From assembly GCA_000708835.1 (NCBI GenBank), contig DF237642.1, positions 1 to 42,901 of the forward strand: a stretch of 42,901 bases of DNA, in the 5' to 3' direction. Shown piece by piece: positions 23,998 to 36,499 of the stretch. This DNA comes from Klebsormidium nitens (Eukaryota; Plantae; Klebsormidiophyceae). The notes under the pieces were generated by a model that was not told the DNA's origin, did not search any database, and saw only the letters and a list, made by a program, of their open reading frames with translations. Numbering within the stretch: the first letter of the stretch is position 1; the number at the start of each line of letters is the position of its first letter. Made by a program: the position numbers and the translations under genes.

Positions 23998-26900
23998 ATG
24001 GCAGCCACTGCGGTAGGACGTATGTGTGGACGTCCCATCTTTGACCTGAATGCAAGGTGCAAGTCAGGGACAAACAGGCCGGAGCAGGGTGCTAGAGAAT
24101 GTGTAGCGTCGGCGATCGCAAGGCCAGGCCCTCAGAGGACTGTGTTAGGGGCCTCCGTGAATATAGGTTCAGAGTCTGGAAGCTGGTTCGGCAACAGCTT
24201 GCGGCTCTCTGTCGTGGAGCGGTGCGCAGAGAAACGGCCTTCAGGTAGCCTTAGCGAAACCCTTTGCACAGCTTTCTTCCCGGGTCAGGTCAACTCTGGC
24301 TCCCTACGGTGGCGTCTGATTCTAGAATGGTCATCTCCGTTAATACATCACTTGTCTATTATGAAGATCATAGCGCTCTTTATCTCTCATAATGTGGGTG
24401 TGGTAAAGACCCAGGATTGACTGTGTGGTCATCTCTCAAAGGATCAAGAATCGCTCATGTCGATGCAGGGGTTACAGATCCAAAATGAGGGTTTTGGCTT
24501 GAGTTTCATGTTGAGTGCCCTGATGAATTTGAGAAACGTTGCACTAAGACAGTAGTTGCAAATGGATTTCAATGCAGGAATCCGAGCGAGCGGCGGAAAC
24601 TCGTTTGGAAGAAACTTTGTCGTCACAACGTTCGGTGAATCCCACGGAGGCGGCGTCGGGTGTGTGATCGATGGCGTCCCTCCAAATCTGCCCCTGACTG
24701 AAGCAGATATCCAGATTGAGCTGGACAGAAGGTATGTTAGGCAGTTTCTGTCACCTTTTCATTCTGATGTCAGTGCAAGGAGAATCTTAGTAGCGAGCTT
24801 CTCGCTGTTATGCAGCGGCACATACAGCATCGATCCTTGATCGAGTATCGTCTGATTAAGGAAGTGGTTAAATAACAAGGGGCCCCATCAAGTCACCAAT
24901 CTTAAGTGATCAAGTCTCCTTGTCTGCAAGCACGCTCTTCATACCCTACCAGCCATTGTGAACTTGATTGTGTTGAGATGGTCTGGGGGCAACCAGGAAG
25001 CAGAGGAATAATGTCATCAATGTCAATAATGTCAAACACTTTGCAGGAAGCCTGGGCAGAGCCGCATTACCACTCCGCGGAAGGAGTCTGACACGGCAGA
25101 GATTGTGTCTGGGATGTCCGATGGGGTGACTCTCGGAGTGCCGCTCACGGTCCTTGTCCGAAACAAAGATCAGCGGGGGCAGGTGAGGGTACTTGTTAGC
25201 CCCTTGCCCAACTCTGGCCCTGACAATCCCAGGGCGACGCATAACAGTGACTTCGGAATGTAACGACCTTTGTTGGTCAAAGTTGCTTGATCAGCTTCGT
25301 CATGACTTGACTCCCTCCAAACCCAGACAACACTTTCTTTGTTTAGATTGCGGTTGTGAGATCTTCCCCCATTTCGTCCAGGCCAGACCTTGAATTTCCC
25401 GTTCTTGCCAGTGTCTGAAAAGTGCTATTCTGTTCTGGCAACCATGAAGAACCAGCTCTTTCTGATCACTAGTGGTAGTGGTGGGCTCTTTCTTGGCTTC
25501 TGGGAGGCATCAAGAGGTAAACTTTGAGTCTCCTACTCATCATGTTTTGCAGGACTACACTGACATGGAAGTGAAGTACCGGCCGTCGCATGCAGATGCA
25601 ACGTACGATTTCAAATACGGCGTGCGGGCAATCCAGGTGAGGCGCAATGATGAGGTAGAGGGCAGTTAAAAGGTTTTGTCGGATTAGGAGCAGTGGAAAC
25701 TGTCCAGAGAGTAATAAAATGGAGTCTCCTCGAACAAGTCAAAATGGTTTCAGTAAACATTTATAGGGAAGTTTCTGCACGTAACATCCCTTCCTGTCCG
25801 CTTAGATGGGAGATATGGACCCTGATCCAGTACACCTAGGAGTCGCTTTCAGTAATGCTCACAGCCATTCAAGAAGAAGACAAACTCTACTTTTATTAGG
25901 ATCATGAAAGGAGAAGGTGGCACCACTGTGGCTCTAAAAGTCTGTCTTTCTGAGGCTCCAGATTTCTTAAGCATCTGGCCACTATGAAAGCGAATTCCCT
26001 GCATTGCAACAGTTTTTCCAGCTTTGGATCGTGTTTCGCCCCTCGTCCAACGACTCTGTCAAACATTGATCTTTATGTTGACCACGAAGGAAAATAAATT
26101 GCAGGATCCATCAATTCTTGTTATCCATTGCCTGCCTCACATTCTTCATGTTATCATCGTTGCAGGGTGGCGGCCGGTCCTCAGCCAGGGAGACCATCGG
26201 CCGCGTTGCTGCGGGAGCGATTGCTAAGAAGCTGCTGCGCCAGATTGCAGGGACGGAGGTGCTGGCGTTTGTGTCGCAAGTGCACAACGAAGTGCTGGAG
26301 GAGGGGACGGTGAACTTCAACACACTCACAATGGACCAGGTGGGGACGTTTTGCATTACTCACTGATTTGATCAGGCTGCAGTTGGGGATCTTGAAGAAT
26401 GTGTCAGACAGCTTCGAGCTTGTTCAAAACGGGGCTTTTTAGATCTAGATGTCAGGAGGGTATACAGGTCAGCCACATCTTGTCGACGATCATAAAACAG
26501 GGTCGGGGAGCTTCGATCCGCAGGGCTCGGATGGGGATCTGAGCCTCAATTCTCTGTTCTTAATCCAGGACGGTTTGGTATTAAGCTGTCTCTGGACCAG
26601 AGTCCCTTCCTATGCCGTTCAGATTCGCGGCTACTGTTTTAAGGTTTTCTTTGAATTCAAAAACGGCGTTGAATCAGGAGCATTGCCAACAAACAAGCGT
26701 GTAAGCCCTCAGTCGTTCCCCCACCTCCACTGCAGATCGAGAGCAACATCGTGCGGTGTCCAGAACCCGAGGCAGCAGAGCGGATGATCAAAGCCATCGA
26801 TGCGGTCAGGACGAGGGGAGACTCGTGTGGAGGTGTGGTGACGTGCATCGCAAGGGGTGTTCCGAAGGTGAGCACCTTTCGTGGAAGGGGAATGCGTTCG

Positions 26901-29083
26901 CCCCGAAGTCTGATTTCAAGCAAAGGAAGCTGGTAGTGTGGTTGAGGGCGGGTCATATGCATCACAAGAAGAAAGAGACCCCTCCTCTGCCGCCCTCCGA
27001 TCCATTGGAAACGCACCGAACGCATCTTTCTGCTCGTACTGGGTAACAGGAGTACCTAAGTCCGTGGCAATCGTGAAATTTTTTATTTTTGGACTGGTCT
27101 GTAACGATTCTGACGACTCTTCTGCAGAGTTCAGTCATCAGTCCGCCCGCCTTGCTGGCCTGGCAAAATGTATTGCCTCACACGGAAGATACCATATCGA
27201 CTCTAAAGCTCCATCAGTCAACCTCCTTTGACTTCGCACCGGAAACTTTCAGCTCGCGCATCCTTGACGTGCAAATATTTAAAAGCTCGCAGGCAACACA
27301 CAACTTCTCCACCTATGCCTGACCCCGGTGTCAATCGATTTATGCATTGCATACAGGGCCTTTAGTCACTCGTTTTCAAGAGAAGGTGCTTGCGTTTAAG
27401 ACCCACGCTTTGATTCCTCGGCCCCATCCCATCTCTGACTGGTTCTCGTGTTCCTCATAGGGCCTCGGCTCGCCCGCTTTCAACTGGATATGCTCGCAGT
27501 CAAGGCGAACGCTTTGGTCTCTATGCCCCATCCCGCATCCGACTGATTTCTGTGTTTTCCACAGGGCCTCGGGTCGCCCGTCTTCACGCAGTCAAGGCGT
27601 ACGCTTTGACCCCTACACCCCATCCCGCTTCTGACTGGTTCTCGTGTTCCCCACACAGGGCCTCGGGTCGCCCGTTTTCAACAAGCTGGAGGCGGAGCTG
27701 GGGCGCGCCTGCCTGTCCCTCCCGGCGACCAAGGGCTTCGAGATCGGGAGCGGCTTCGAGGGCGCCAAGATGACCGGTAGCGAGCACAACGACGAGTTCT
27801 ACCGGGCGGAGGACGGGGAAATCCGGACGCGGACCAACCGGTCGGGCGGCGTCCAGGGCGGCATCAGCAACGGGGAGGTCATCTACGTCAAGGTCGCCTT
27901 CAAGCCGACGTCAACCATTACGGTGAGCGGTTTACGACGTCCTTTTCGGGCGTGCTCGCAGAACGGGGACGAGGAGAAACAGTTGTTGCAGGATTGGGGT
28001 TGGGCGGTTTCAGTATCAAAAGAATGTGCTGCCATCGCAGTGTTCTTAGCCCTTGATGCGTTATTTGTGCCTCGGTATCCGCTAGGCGCAAGCTGTGGCA
28101 GGAATTTATTTCAATCATCAGATCGAAATCCTCGAGACCGTCCCACGGTTGGAACCAGCTCAAAGAAAAGCCGAGCATTACGCAAACACCTTTCCAACAG
28201 TGTCCCCGGCCCCGATCCTGCGAAGACTGCTTTTCCTTGTCGTTGCTCTGTCAAAGAAGGTCTTCTCAGGAGGAGGAGCGGAATGCTTTGAAGTTGCTTT
28301 CAAGCGGACAATAGCCGTCACGGTGGACATTTGGCGAGGAATATAAGAGAATCTTCAGGGGCGGCAGGGTGCGTCAAACTCGGACGTCGAAGTCATCTGC
28401 CTGTTGCAAATGAAGACGGATATGTTGCTCGAGGTCGAGAGACGTAGCAAAATGAATGTCAAGCAGAACCGATCTCTAAACAGCGCTCTCTGCCTGCCTT
28501 TACAGACGAAGCAGAAGACAGTCACTCGTGAAGGAGAGGATACAGAGCTGCGGGCCAAGGGCCGCCACGATCCGTGCGTTGTTCCTAGAGGTGCGTTTGC
28601 TGCTTGTCCAATTTTCGTTTTGTCGCGTGCGCTTCAGCATTTTGTTAAAGCTCTGGTCAGACTGACCGACCAAGTCTTCGATAGTCATGTTCTCTGTATT
28701 GCTCCTTCATGATATTGTGTGAATTTCACGAAAGCCTGATCAGGTCGACCGACCATCCTTTTGAATGTGTGGATTAGTTCCTTACTGTTGTTATCAGCTC
28801 TCTTCTGGGTCAGAGGAAATCTAAAGCACGGAGCTGAACAAGTGCTAGGTTGCCACGTGGTAACGTTTTGGCACACCGCTTCCAAGTCATTGACGCTTTA
28901 ATGGTCCTTGCAGCTGTTCCTATGGTAGAGGCGATGGTGGCTCTAGTGCTCGTAGACCAGCTGATGGCACAGTTCGCGCAGTGCCAGATTCTTCCTCAAG
29001 CGAAGAGCAAGCCGCTCATTCTTGAGAGCATGGAAAGGCAGACTGAAGCAGTGGAGGCTGCTTCTTTAAGACCACATGTGTAA
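23998..29083 (+). CDS. aroC: Chorismate synthase, plastid-targeted, 9 exons, ~481 aa
   Basis: Exons: 23998-24244 (transit peptide, provisional), 24578-24731, 25047-25182, 25553-25636, 26166-26339, 26736-26867, 27659-27922, 28506-28590, 28914-29083. Signatures [87 protein letters not shown]. Confidence 0.97.
27405..27690 (+). repeat. Three-copy ~94-104 bp tandem duplication spanning the chorismate synthase exon 7 acceptor
   Basis: ACGCTTTG..CCCCATCCC..(T)GACTG..GTGTT..AG|GGCCTCGG(G/C)TCGCCCG starts at 27461, 27565 and 27659. Confidence 0.95.
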
Positions 29084-31147
29084 ATCTGACACTTACTAAT
29101 TGGCTCATTGGCAACACCGTCTGCACCAACCTCCACATTGTGAGACGTGCGATTGTGGCCGCCAGGGCGGCCCGGCCACATGAAGCACTTATGGGACTAT
29201 TCTTATCGGATTCCTGTCTTCAATGGACCGATTGGGTATCCTGGCGCAAGTATGTTCGAATCGTTTCAAAATGCGTATGCCATGCCAGATTTATGAGGCC
29301 CTTGATTTGTGATTTCGTGAAATCCGTATTGCCCATATCTCGATCGGAGGAGATAGCTGCAATGTCTGCCTCAGGCCCGTGTGATCCACGCATGCTGCAT
29401 GACGATACGATATCTCGGACGCGCGCGGCCTGCTGCACATGAGCAGCTATGCAAACTCCTTTTTGCACGTTATGACCATAGCGTAACTCTTGACGGTTTT
29501 CGCGTGCAATCTTGAGTGTGCAGTTGAAGAAGTTGCATTGCTTCGTGACGGATCGACTGTAGCTTGCATTAATGAGCATTGCTATATATGGCATCCTCAA
29601 AATGGCAACCCGCGGGCAACTTCAGGGTATGTAAATATCCGAAGCAATGCCATTAGGTTCACCGTTTGATTTCTTGCCCCAATACCTTGAAGCGTGTGAA
29701 TTTGTCGCGCGGCTTAGCGTGGTGAGCAGAATTAGAGTGATGGCACATGCCTCAGATAGAATCTTCTGATGACGCTGGATTTGTGGATGCGTTCGATCCT
29801 TCTACAGAAGCGCTCTGGCGCGAGCGTACCAACTTGAACCCCTGACTCAACGGCTGTCAAAGTGGAAGAGCATGATAGAGTGCCATCAGGACGGTGCATT
29901 TTATCGCGCACCGCCCATTGATATCCATAGGTTATGTCATGTTGACCAGCGCGCAACTTCTGGTCACATTAAGGTTGGATTTGCATAGTGTCAAGGCCTA
30001 TGACGATCCCGTGTACTCGTGCCACCGTACACAGAGAGACCAAGCCACGACATGATTGACGTGACGTTGACGTGACCCGATTTGCGTTTTGAAGACTCGA
30101 GGAGCTACAGAATATAGTACTTAGTACCGGCCCTTTGCATGCTGCGCCAGCAATTGCAGGCTTCATTCTCTTAAGGAGCATTCGCGTAGCGCTTCTCATC
30201 GACCTTCCAGGCGGCAGACCGGGCCACCTCTTGGTTGCCGGGAAGCAGGCTCACTTCAGCAGCGCCAAGCTCCTGCGGGATGCTTTAGGGACAGACAGAT
30301 AGACACTATAAAATTGCGCTAGGTCATGTCATTAGTTGAGTGAAGAGGATCAATCTGCGTCCTAGAATCGAGGTAATCTGGAATTGTTCGTGAGAAGATA
30401 AAGTTGATAGAATCGAGTGGATCAGCCAGAGGAATCAAACCAGGCTGTCCCAAAAGTACTTCAAGTGCACTTTGGTCTCCTTCGAAACGTCATAAGAAAC
30501 TTCAAGTGCCTGCCAGCAAGCGGGGTGGAACGATGAGGAGCAAGGTGAGTTGAGCGGCGAGGTTTCCAGTGCCTGCTAAATCCATCACGGCAGAGCACCC
30601 TCTTGGTACTCAGGTTGAGCAACTTTGAGGATTGTAGCCAAGTAGGAATGGCCGACTCACAAGATGATTTCGCTTGCTTTTGCTCACGTGCTGACAAACG
30701 CGCGCTCCAGCTCTAGGAAGACACACTTTTAAACTACCTGCTCAATAAGATCAGGAGACTTATGTATAAGTAGATGTCATGCAAGTTCTACCGCCTGAGA
30801 AATAGGACCATATGTTCTTCGAACTTGGTGAGAGGGCTTATGGTTTGATTCTTTTAACCAGCATTTTTGAGGAAGAGTTGCTTTTAGTGTCAGAGTGTCC
30901 TGTCCACATTTCCAGCTTCCCAAAGACAGTCTCTTTCTATGTCATGACTTGAGGAGGAATCCTTGCCTCCGTCAATCCCAGGTATGTCTTTCATAGAGAC
31001 AGCATATACAGATAATATTTACTGCTTTCGTATGAACAAAAGATTCAAAGTTCCACCTGTATGACGCTCGTACCAACAGCAAAAGTGCTAGCAATCTGCT
31101 GAGCAAGCTTCATGCTCCATCGTGGTATTTTGGCTTCTTCCATGCAG

Positions 31148-33880
31148 AAAGAATCAAGGACTGGTGCGGAAGACTTGTCGGCCAGATATCTTATGAAGCT
31201 ATCATCTGTCCTGATGCGCCCAACCGTAATCTATGAGTTGAGAAGATTGGTGGAAGAAATCAAGGGCAGCCCGCTACATGGCGGCACCGGAGAGGATCAG
31301 TGGCAGAGACTGCAAATGCACCCCAGTCAGGCATACAAGCAGGCAAGTGCCAATCTCCGCGGCTTGTAGGCTATTGACATCTCCTGACGTCAGCTTGCTA
31401 GCTGCCTCTTGGCCAAGTATCGTGGTCCGTGCGCAATCTTTTTCTCGGGTTTTTCATGCTCGCCTGAAAGCTGCCAAACAAGGTACACTCCAATGTTTAT
31501 GACAGATGCTGAGTAGAGATATAGCTAGCCTCTGGAGTGTGAGATTTCTGCAGTAGTAAGTATAAGAACCTTTTCAGAGCTTCTATATCGGTCGGGTCAT
31601 TGGATCGCCAATGAGATGCGAAGTAACATGCATCAAGAATAATGAACCTCTTCTTTTTCTTTCCGTTCTTCATTTCGTGCTTTCATCTCCGTTGCTCATG
31701 CGCAGCTTTGAGGTTCTCCGAATTGACCAGGTCTTCTGTTTCATCTTTAAGCACAAGAGCTGGGCTAATCTACTGGTCGCAGTCCCTCAACCTCACCTGC
31801 TCGGTCCATTCTGCTTTCGATCCACTCCAAAGAAGTCTTCCTGTATTTGCAGGTGTTGGAACTGACAGCGAACAAGGAAGTGGTGAGAGAGCTGTTCGAG
31901 CTGCTCATCGAAGAAGCCGACACTCTAGACTCCCTTCCAGGAATCGTCGGCTGCTTGGAGCGGCTATACAGTATTCCACCATTCTCCAGACAGGTACACC
32001 TGATTTCTTCAAATTGTACTGCGTCTTGAGGTTGTAAACAAAGTGTTAGAGGACTATAAGTAACGATGTTGCTTTCAAACTCTCCTCTCACAAAATTACC
32101 GTCCCTCGATCTTGTCAACTGCTTCGACGAAACATCAGAAATCTGTTCATAAGATTCTGCAAGACAGCACGCTCCTCGGAATAACGAACTTCTACCAACC
32201 GCAAAGCCAAACGCGTCAGAGGTTTCGGTGCTGATCGCTGCAACTCAGAGGAAGTCGAAAATGAAGATTGAAGGTTCGCGTACGGCGTCATGCCCGACAC
32301 AGGAGCCGTGTCCTGTTGTGCTTTCTGTGATATCCACAACAAATACTTTATGAACACCTTGTGCCCCACTTGTCCATTCTGCCACAGCTTCTCTTGGTTC
32401 TTTGCAGTTCGACGCGTCGGACCTCGCCCCCTTGGTAGCTGAGTTCTTCGAAGACGTGTTTCCGCTGAAGGCCTCTCAGTTCCTCTATGGTGGTACCCCC
32501 CCCGAGAACGACTTCGCAGCAGACCAAAAGCATCGCGCATGGCAACTTTTCCTGTCGCAAACCTTCGATCTCACCAGCCACCTCTTCCGGCACACGCCCG
32601 ACTTCACAACCGAAGCCCTGCACAGCGGGCTGCTCTCCGCCCTCATCAAGTTCATCCCGTTCCGCGATACCGAGCCCTCTTCCGAGATCAAAGATACTCT
32701 TAGCCTCGTACTTTCCATTCTCCTGGTTCAAAACATCTGCAAAGCCGTCGCCGGGTTCTTCCGGGGCGATGCTCCGACCAGAGAATGGGCGTCCGAACAA
32801 GTCGGATCAGCGGAGTGGGCGTCCTGGATCGCGGACGTCCTCAGCTTCTTGCGGCGCGCGGCCGCGGCGGTACACGCGCCGGAGGCAGGGTTTTACTTGT
32901 CGGCCCTCATGGCACTGGTGCACGTCGTTTCCCTCCTCGCACAGGAATCTGTCGGCACAGAGATTTTCACGCCCGCGGTTGTGGCGCACGTTTCCGACGG
33001 TGTGAACGCGCTCTTCGAGGTGGACGTGGCACACCTCGAGGCGTTCAGAAGGATCTGGCATAGCACAGAGTACCGCCTGAAGCATCTCAACTCTCCGACG
33101 GAAACGGAAAACCGTCAGAAAGAGCAGAACCTCGAAGAAAAGAGCCGCGTAGCTTTTCAAGAGGCCATGGACCTGCTGACGAAGCTGAACGCCGGGGCGG
33201 GGGATGCGGAAAGTCTTGGAACTCTCATCACCAACAAGCTGCACGCTCTCATTCTCTCGGAGCTGGCCTTCGCTCAAGTTGACAAGTACAAGCGCGTCAT
33301 TGCGGAGGGAGCCCCGGACGTCATGATGCGCGTGCTGGAGCGCGGCGCGGCCGCGCTGCCGCGCGGCCAGTTGACGACCCAAGCCAGGATGGCTCTGAAC
33401 GTTCTCATGGTCATGATAGGTTGCGGCGGGCCCGCGGACCTGCGCGGCCGCGTCGCGCAATATGACATGCCGTACGCGGAGGGTTTGGAAGAGATCGGCC
33501 CGCGGCTCTTGGCGTGGGCGGCAAGCGACTACGGGGCGCTTGACCGGTACGACCGGGAGAACCTGACGCAGTGTCTGTTCGCGGCGTTTGAGACGGTCCC
33601 CGGGCGGAAGTACCGGCACCGGTACGCACTGGTGGAGCTGGCGGTCCGGACCATCGAGGAGGACGAGGTGCACGGGGGAAGCGTCACCGGGAAGGCCTGG
33701 AACGGCCTCGCGTCGCTCGCGCTCTTCCTCCCGGAGTTTTCCCCCGCTCTCGTTGCAAGATTCGAGGCGTTCGATGCGCTGCCAGAGGAGGAGCGGCTGG
33801 CAGTTGGCGCGACCTTACGTTTCCACCCAACCCAGCCCCGGTCTCTGACCGGCTACCCGGATATCGGCCTTTCGGCATAG
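31148..33880 (+). CDS. Uncharacterised helical (ARM/alpha-solenoid-like) protein; 5' structure only partly resolved
   Basis: Large terminal exon 32408-33880 (TTTGCAG acceptor, 490 sense codons, GC-rich codon bias); upstream exon 31853-31993 in phase; candidate exons 31148-31342 (GC donor), 30916-30981, 30533-30544. Fold guess from Leu/Ala-rich amphipathic pattern only. Confidence 0.7.
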
Positions 33881-33956
33881 CCTATGCGCCATCAGGGACC
33901 CAAAACGTTACCGTACTCCATCTAGGCCGTTACCACTCCGTCCGATTCACTGCACT

Positions 33957-33980
33957 ACACACACACACACACACACACAC
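33957..33980. repeat. (AC)12 microsatellite
   Basis: Directly visible. Confidence 0.97.
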
Positions 33981-35191
33981 AGCAACTTAGCGTGCAGTCT
34001 CCTCAGTCTTGCACGATCCCTTGAAGTTGGTTGCCAGGCTTCAGCAAGCTGGCGATCAGCGTGACCCATGTGGGACACAAGCATGCACGTGTCATCCAAT
34101 GAGTGAAGGGTGACTAGCACGGGGGGGATCGAAACGAAGAGAGCGCTGCATCATAGTGAAGCCGCCTGCGTCGGATGCTGATGCTGCACCATGACCAGGT
34201 AAGCTGCTCGGGCGCATGCCTCTGAGTGTGTGCGGGGTCATGCAATGTGCCGCTGCTGCTGTTGTTCACAGAGTCCAAACTGTCCAATGCGTTTGGAATG
34301 AGCCAGGGGTTCCGTCCTCAGGCTTGCAATTGGCTTTGCTGGGGTGTTTTCTGTGTTTCTTGTGAAACAATCGAATCACTCAGCAACACATCAGAATTCA
34401 GCCTGCTCGACAGTGCCAATCATTGTTAGCTTCCGGTTGACACCTTTGGGTAAGGTAGATGTTTTCAAGGCCTGACAGGTGCTGCAGGCATGAGTGTCAA
34501 TCGATTGAAAATGAGCTGGAAATCGAGTCCAGCACCAAAGCTGCCAGACTTGCGGCAATTCTGTTATGAGGTGATGGGCTTAAACGCATGGCCCCTCAAA
34601 TGGCTTTGAGACTGCCAGTCTTGCCTCCATGCTCGAGTATACTCCAGTCAACTTGGGTGCGTAGCTAGGGCTGCAAGACTTGAGTGTGTTTCTGGGTGCG
34701 CTGTGTTGAAACTGGGACGCCAAACACATAGCGGTGTTGCTGAGCTGGTGCACTGGTAGAGGTTGCCTAATAGTCCGAAGGCAACCTCCCTCCGGTTTTG
34801 CAGGTGCGCGCAAAGCTGGTGCCCACCTTGAACCATCATGGCAAGGAGCCGGCTTTGTGGCCGTAGCAAGTCTGACCATCGCGACTGCCAGGCAGTCCGC
34901 TTTGCACGTGCTGCAGAATACAGGGAAAGGATCCATATTGGTGCTGAAAAGCAAGCAGTTATCATCGCCGCTGTCAATGCTCGGTGCCATTCTGCAGAAC
35001 CTGCCCCTCGACGTCGACGGGGGCAGCAGTCGAAGAAGGAAAAGAAGGAGAGAATTGAGAAGCCCCGTGAGGTACCGCGCCGGTGGTGCTTCACTGCTGC
35101 TGAGCAGAAGGCGAAGCGGCATGATGCTGAAGTACTGACAAGTGCCGTGGAGTGTGGTGCAGAACACGGTGAGTGAAGGGCAGCTCAGGGC

Positions 35192-35815
35192 TGTACCAGA
35201 TTTCAATGTCTTTCTTTCTAAGAACTAAGAGGCCACTTTCTGGTACAGCTCCGTCAACTATAACATCTTCGGAAACTCGGATGGGATGGGTGGGTGTCGG
35301 GTGACATCTTCGGAAACTTGGTGGAATGGTTGGGTGCCCCACAAGCAGTGGTGTACCATGCTCCAATGTCTTTCTTTCTCAGAAGTAAGAGGCCACTTTC
35401 TGGTACATCGCCGTCAACTATAACATCTTCGGGAACTTGGTGGAATGGTTAGGTGCCCCACAAGCAGTGGTGTACCACGTTCCAATGTCTTTCTTTCTAA
35501 GAAGTGAGAGGCCACTTTCTTGTACAGCACCGTCAACTATAATATCTTTGGAAACTTGGTGGAATGGTTGGGTGCCCCACAAGCAGTGGTGTACCGAGAA
35601 TCAATGTCTTTCTTTCTAAGAAGTGAGAGGCCACTTTCTGGTACAGCGCCGTCAACTATAATATCTTCGGAAACTCGGGTAGGATGGACCTCCTTACAAG
35701 CACCGGAGTACCAAGAAAACACGTGTTTCTTTTTTAGAAGTGAGAGGCCACTTTCTGGTACATCGCCATCAACTATAACATCTTCGGAAACTCGGTGGAA
35801 TGGCCGCCCCCACAA
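35192..35815. repeat. Tandem array A: 119 bp unit, ~5 copies
   Basis: AATGTCTTTCTTTCT anchor at 35205, 35365, 35484, 35603 and a degenerate copy ~35721; core AGAGGCCACTTTCTGGTACAGCGCCGTCAACTATAACATCTTCGGAAACT near-invariant; first interval carries ~41 extra bp. Confidence 0.95.
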
Positions 35816-36045
35816 GCCGCGTCTTCCATTCTGCGGCTTCAGCTGAACTATTCGCTCTAAAACCGCATGTTTGGTCTTGGGGTGTGCAGATCGATACCAA
35901 TGAACAGTATTACTTGCTGTGGGCATGTGTGGGTTGAGGCCTTGGGCCGTCATCAGACTGATTTTTGAGGGGCGCAATCAGCCTGTTCTCTAAATCGCTA
36001 TCGACCTGCTTTTAGGGACGTGATTAGGCAGACGTTGGGCACCAC

Positions 36046-36250
36046 TTGCTGGGTTGCCGGAAACTGGCTGGTGTGGCTGGATTGTTGGAAAGTTCCTGGT
36101 ATGGCCGGGTTGCCGGAAAGTGCCTGCTCTGGCCGGGTTGTTGGAAAGTTCGGCCTGGTATGGCCGGGTTTGTGGAAATTGTCTGGTATGGCCAATCTGC
36201 TGGAAATTTCCTGGTATGGCCGGATTGCCGGAAAGTGCCTTGTATGGTTG
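36046..36250. repeat. Tandem array B: ~28 bp unit (TGGCCGGGTTGCCGGAAAGTTCCTGGTA), ~7 copies, plus a detached partial copy near 36405-36425
   Basis: Directly visible. Confidence 0.9.
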
Positions 36251-36499
36251 CCCCCAGCAAGCAGAGGGGTCAATGACGGAGGCGTACCACGAAGCAATGT
36301 GTTTCTTGTAAAACTAAGCGTTTCTTTTGTGGTACTCAGGAGTGGGGTCCCAGGTTGGGGGAGCAGGTGCCCCCACGTAGGGATCAACGGCAAATCCAAG
36401 AGATTGCCCGGAATGGCCGGGTTGCAATGTGTAGTCCGGCTAGCCGTAAGCCAAGCCGGCCGCCCCAATCATTCAGAACCAAGTCATTCAGAGGTATGT

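Noticed and set aside
25815-25845. CCTGATCCAGT word reminiscent of a TPP riboswitch
   Set aside because: The CTGAGA element and P1-P5 pairing are absent; no thiamine gene context.
32785-33878. Long antisense and alternative-frame ORFs (e.g. 288 aa at 32807-33673)
   Set aside because: Shadows of the GC3-rich sense exon.
35192-35815. CRISPR-like array
   Set aside because: The intervening segments are themselves near-identical, the unit is 119 bp, there are no cas genes and the context is eukaryotic.
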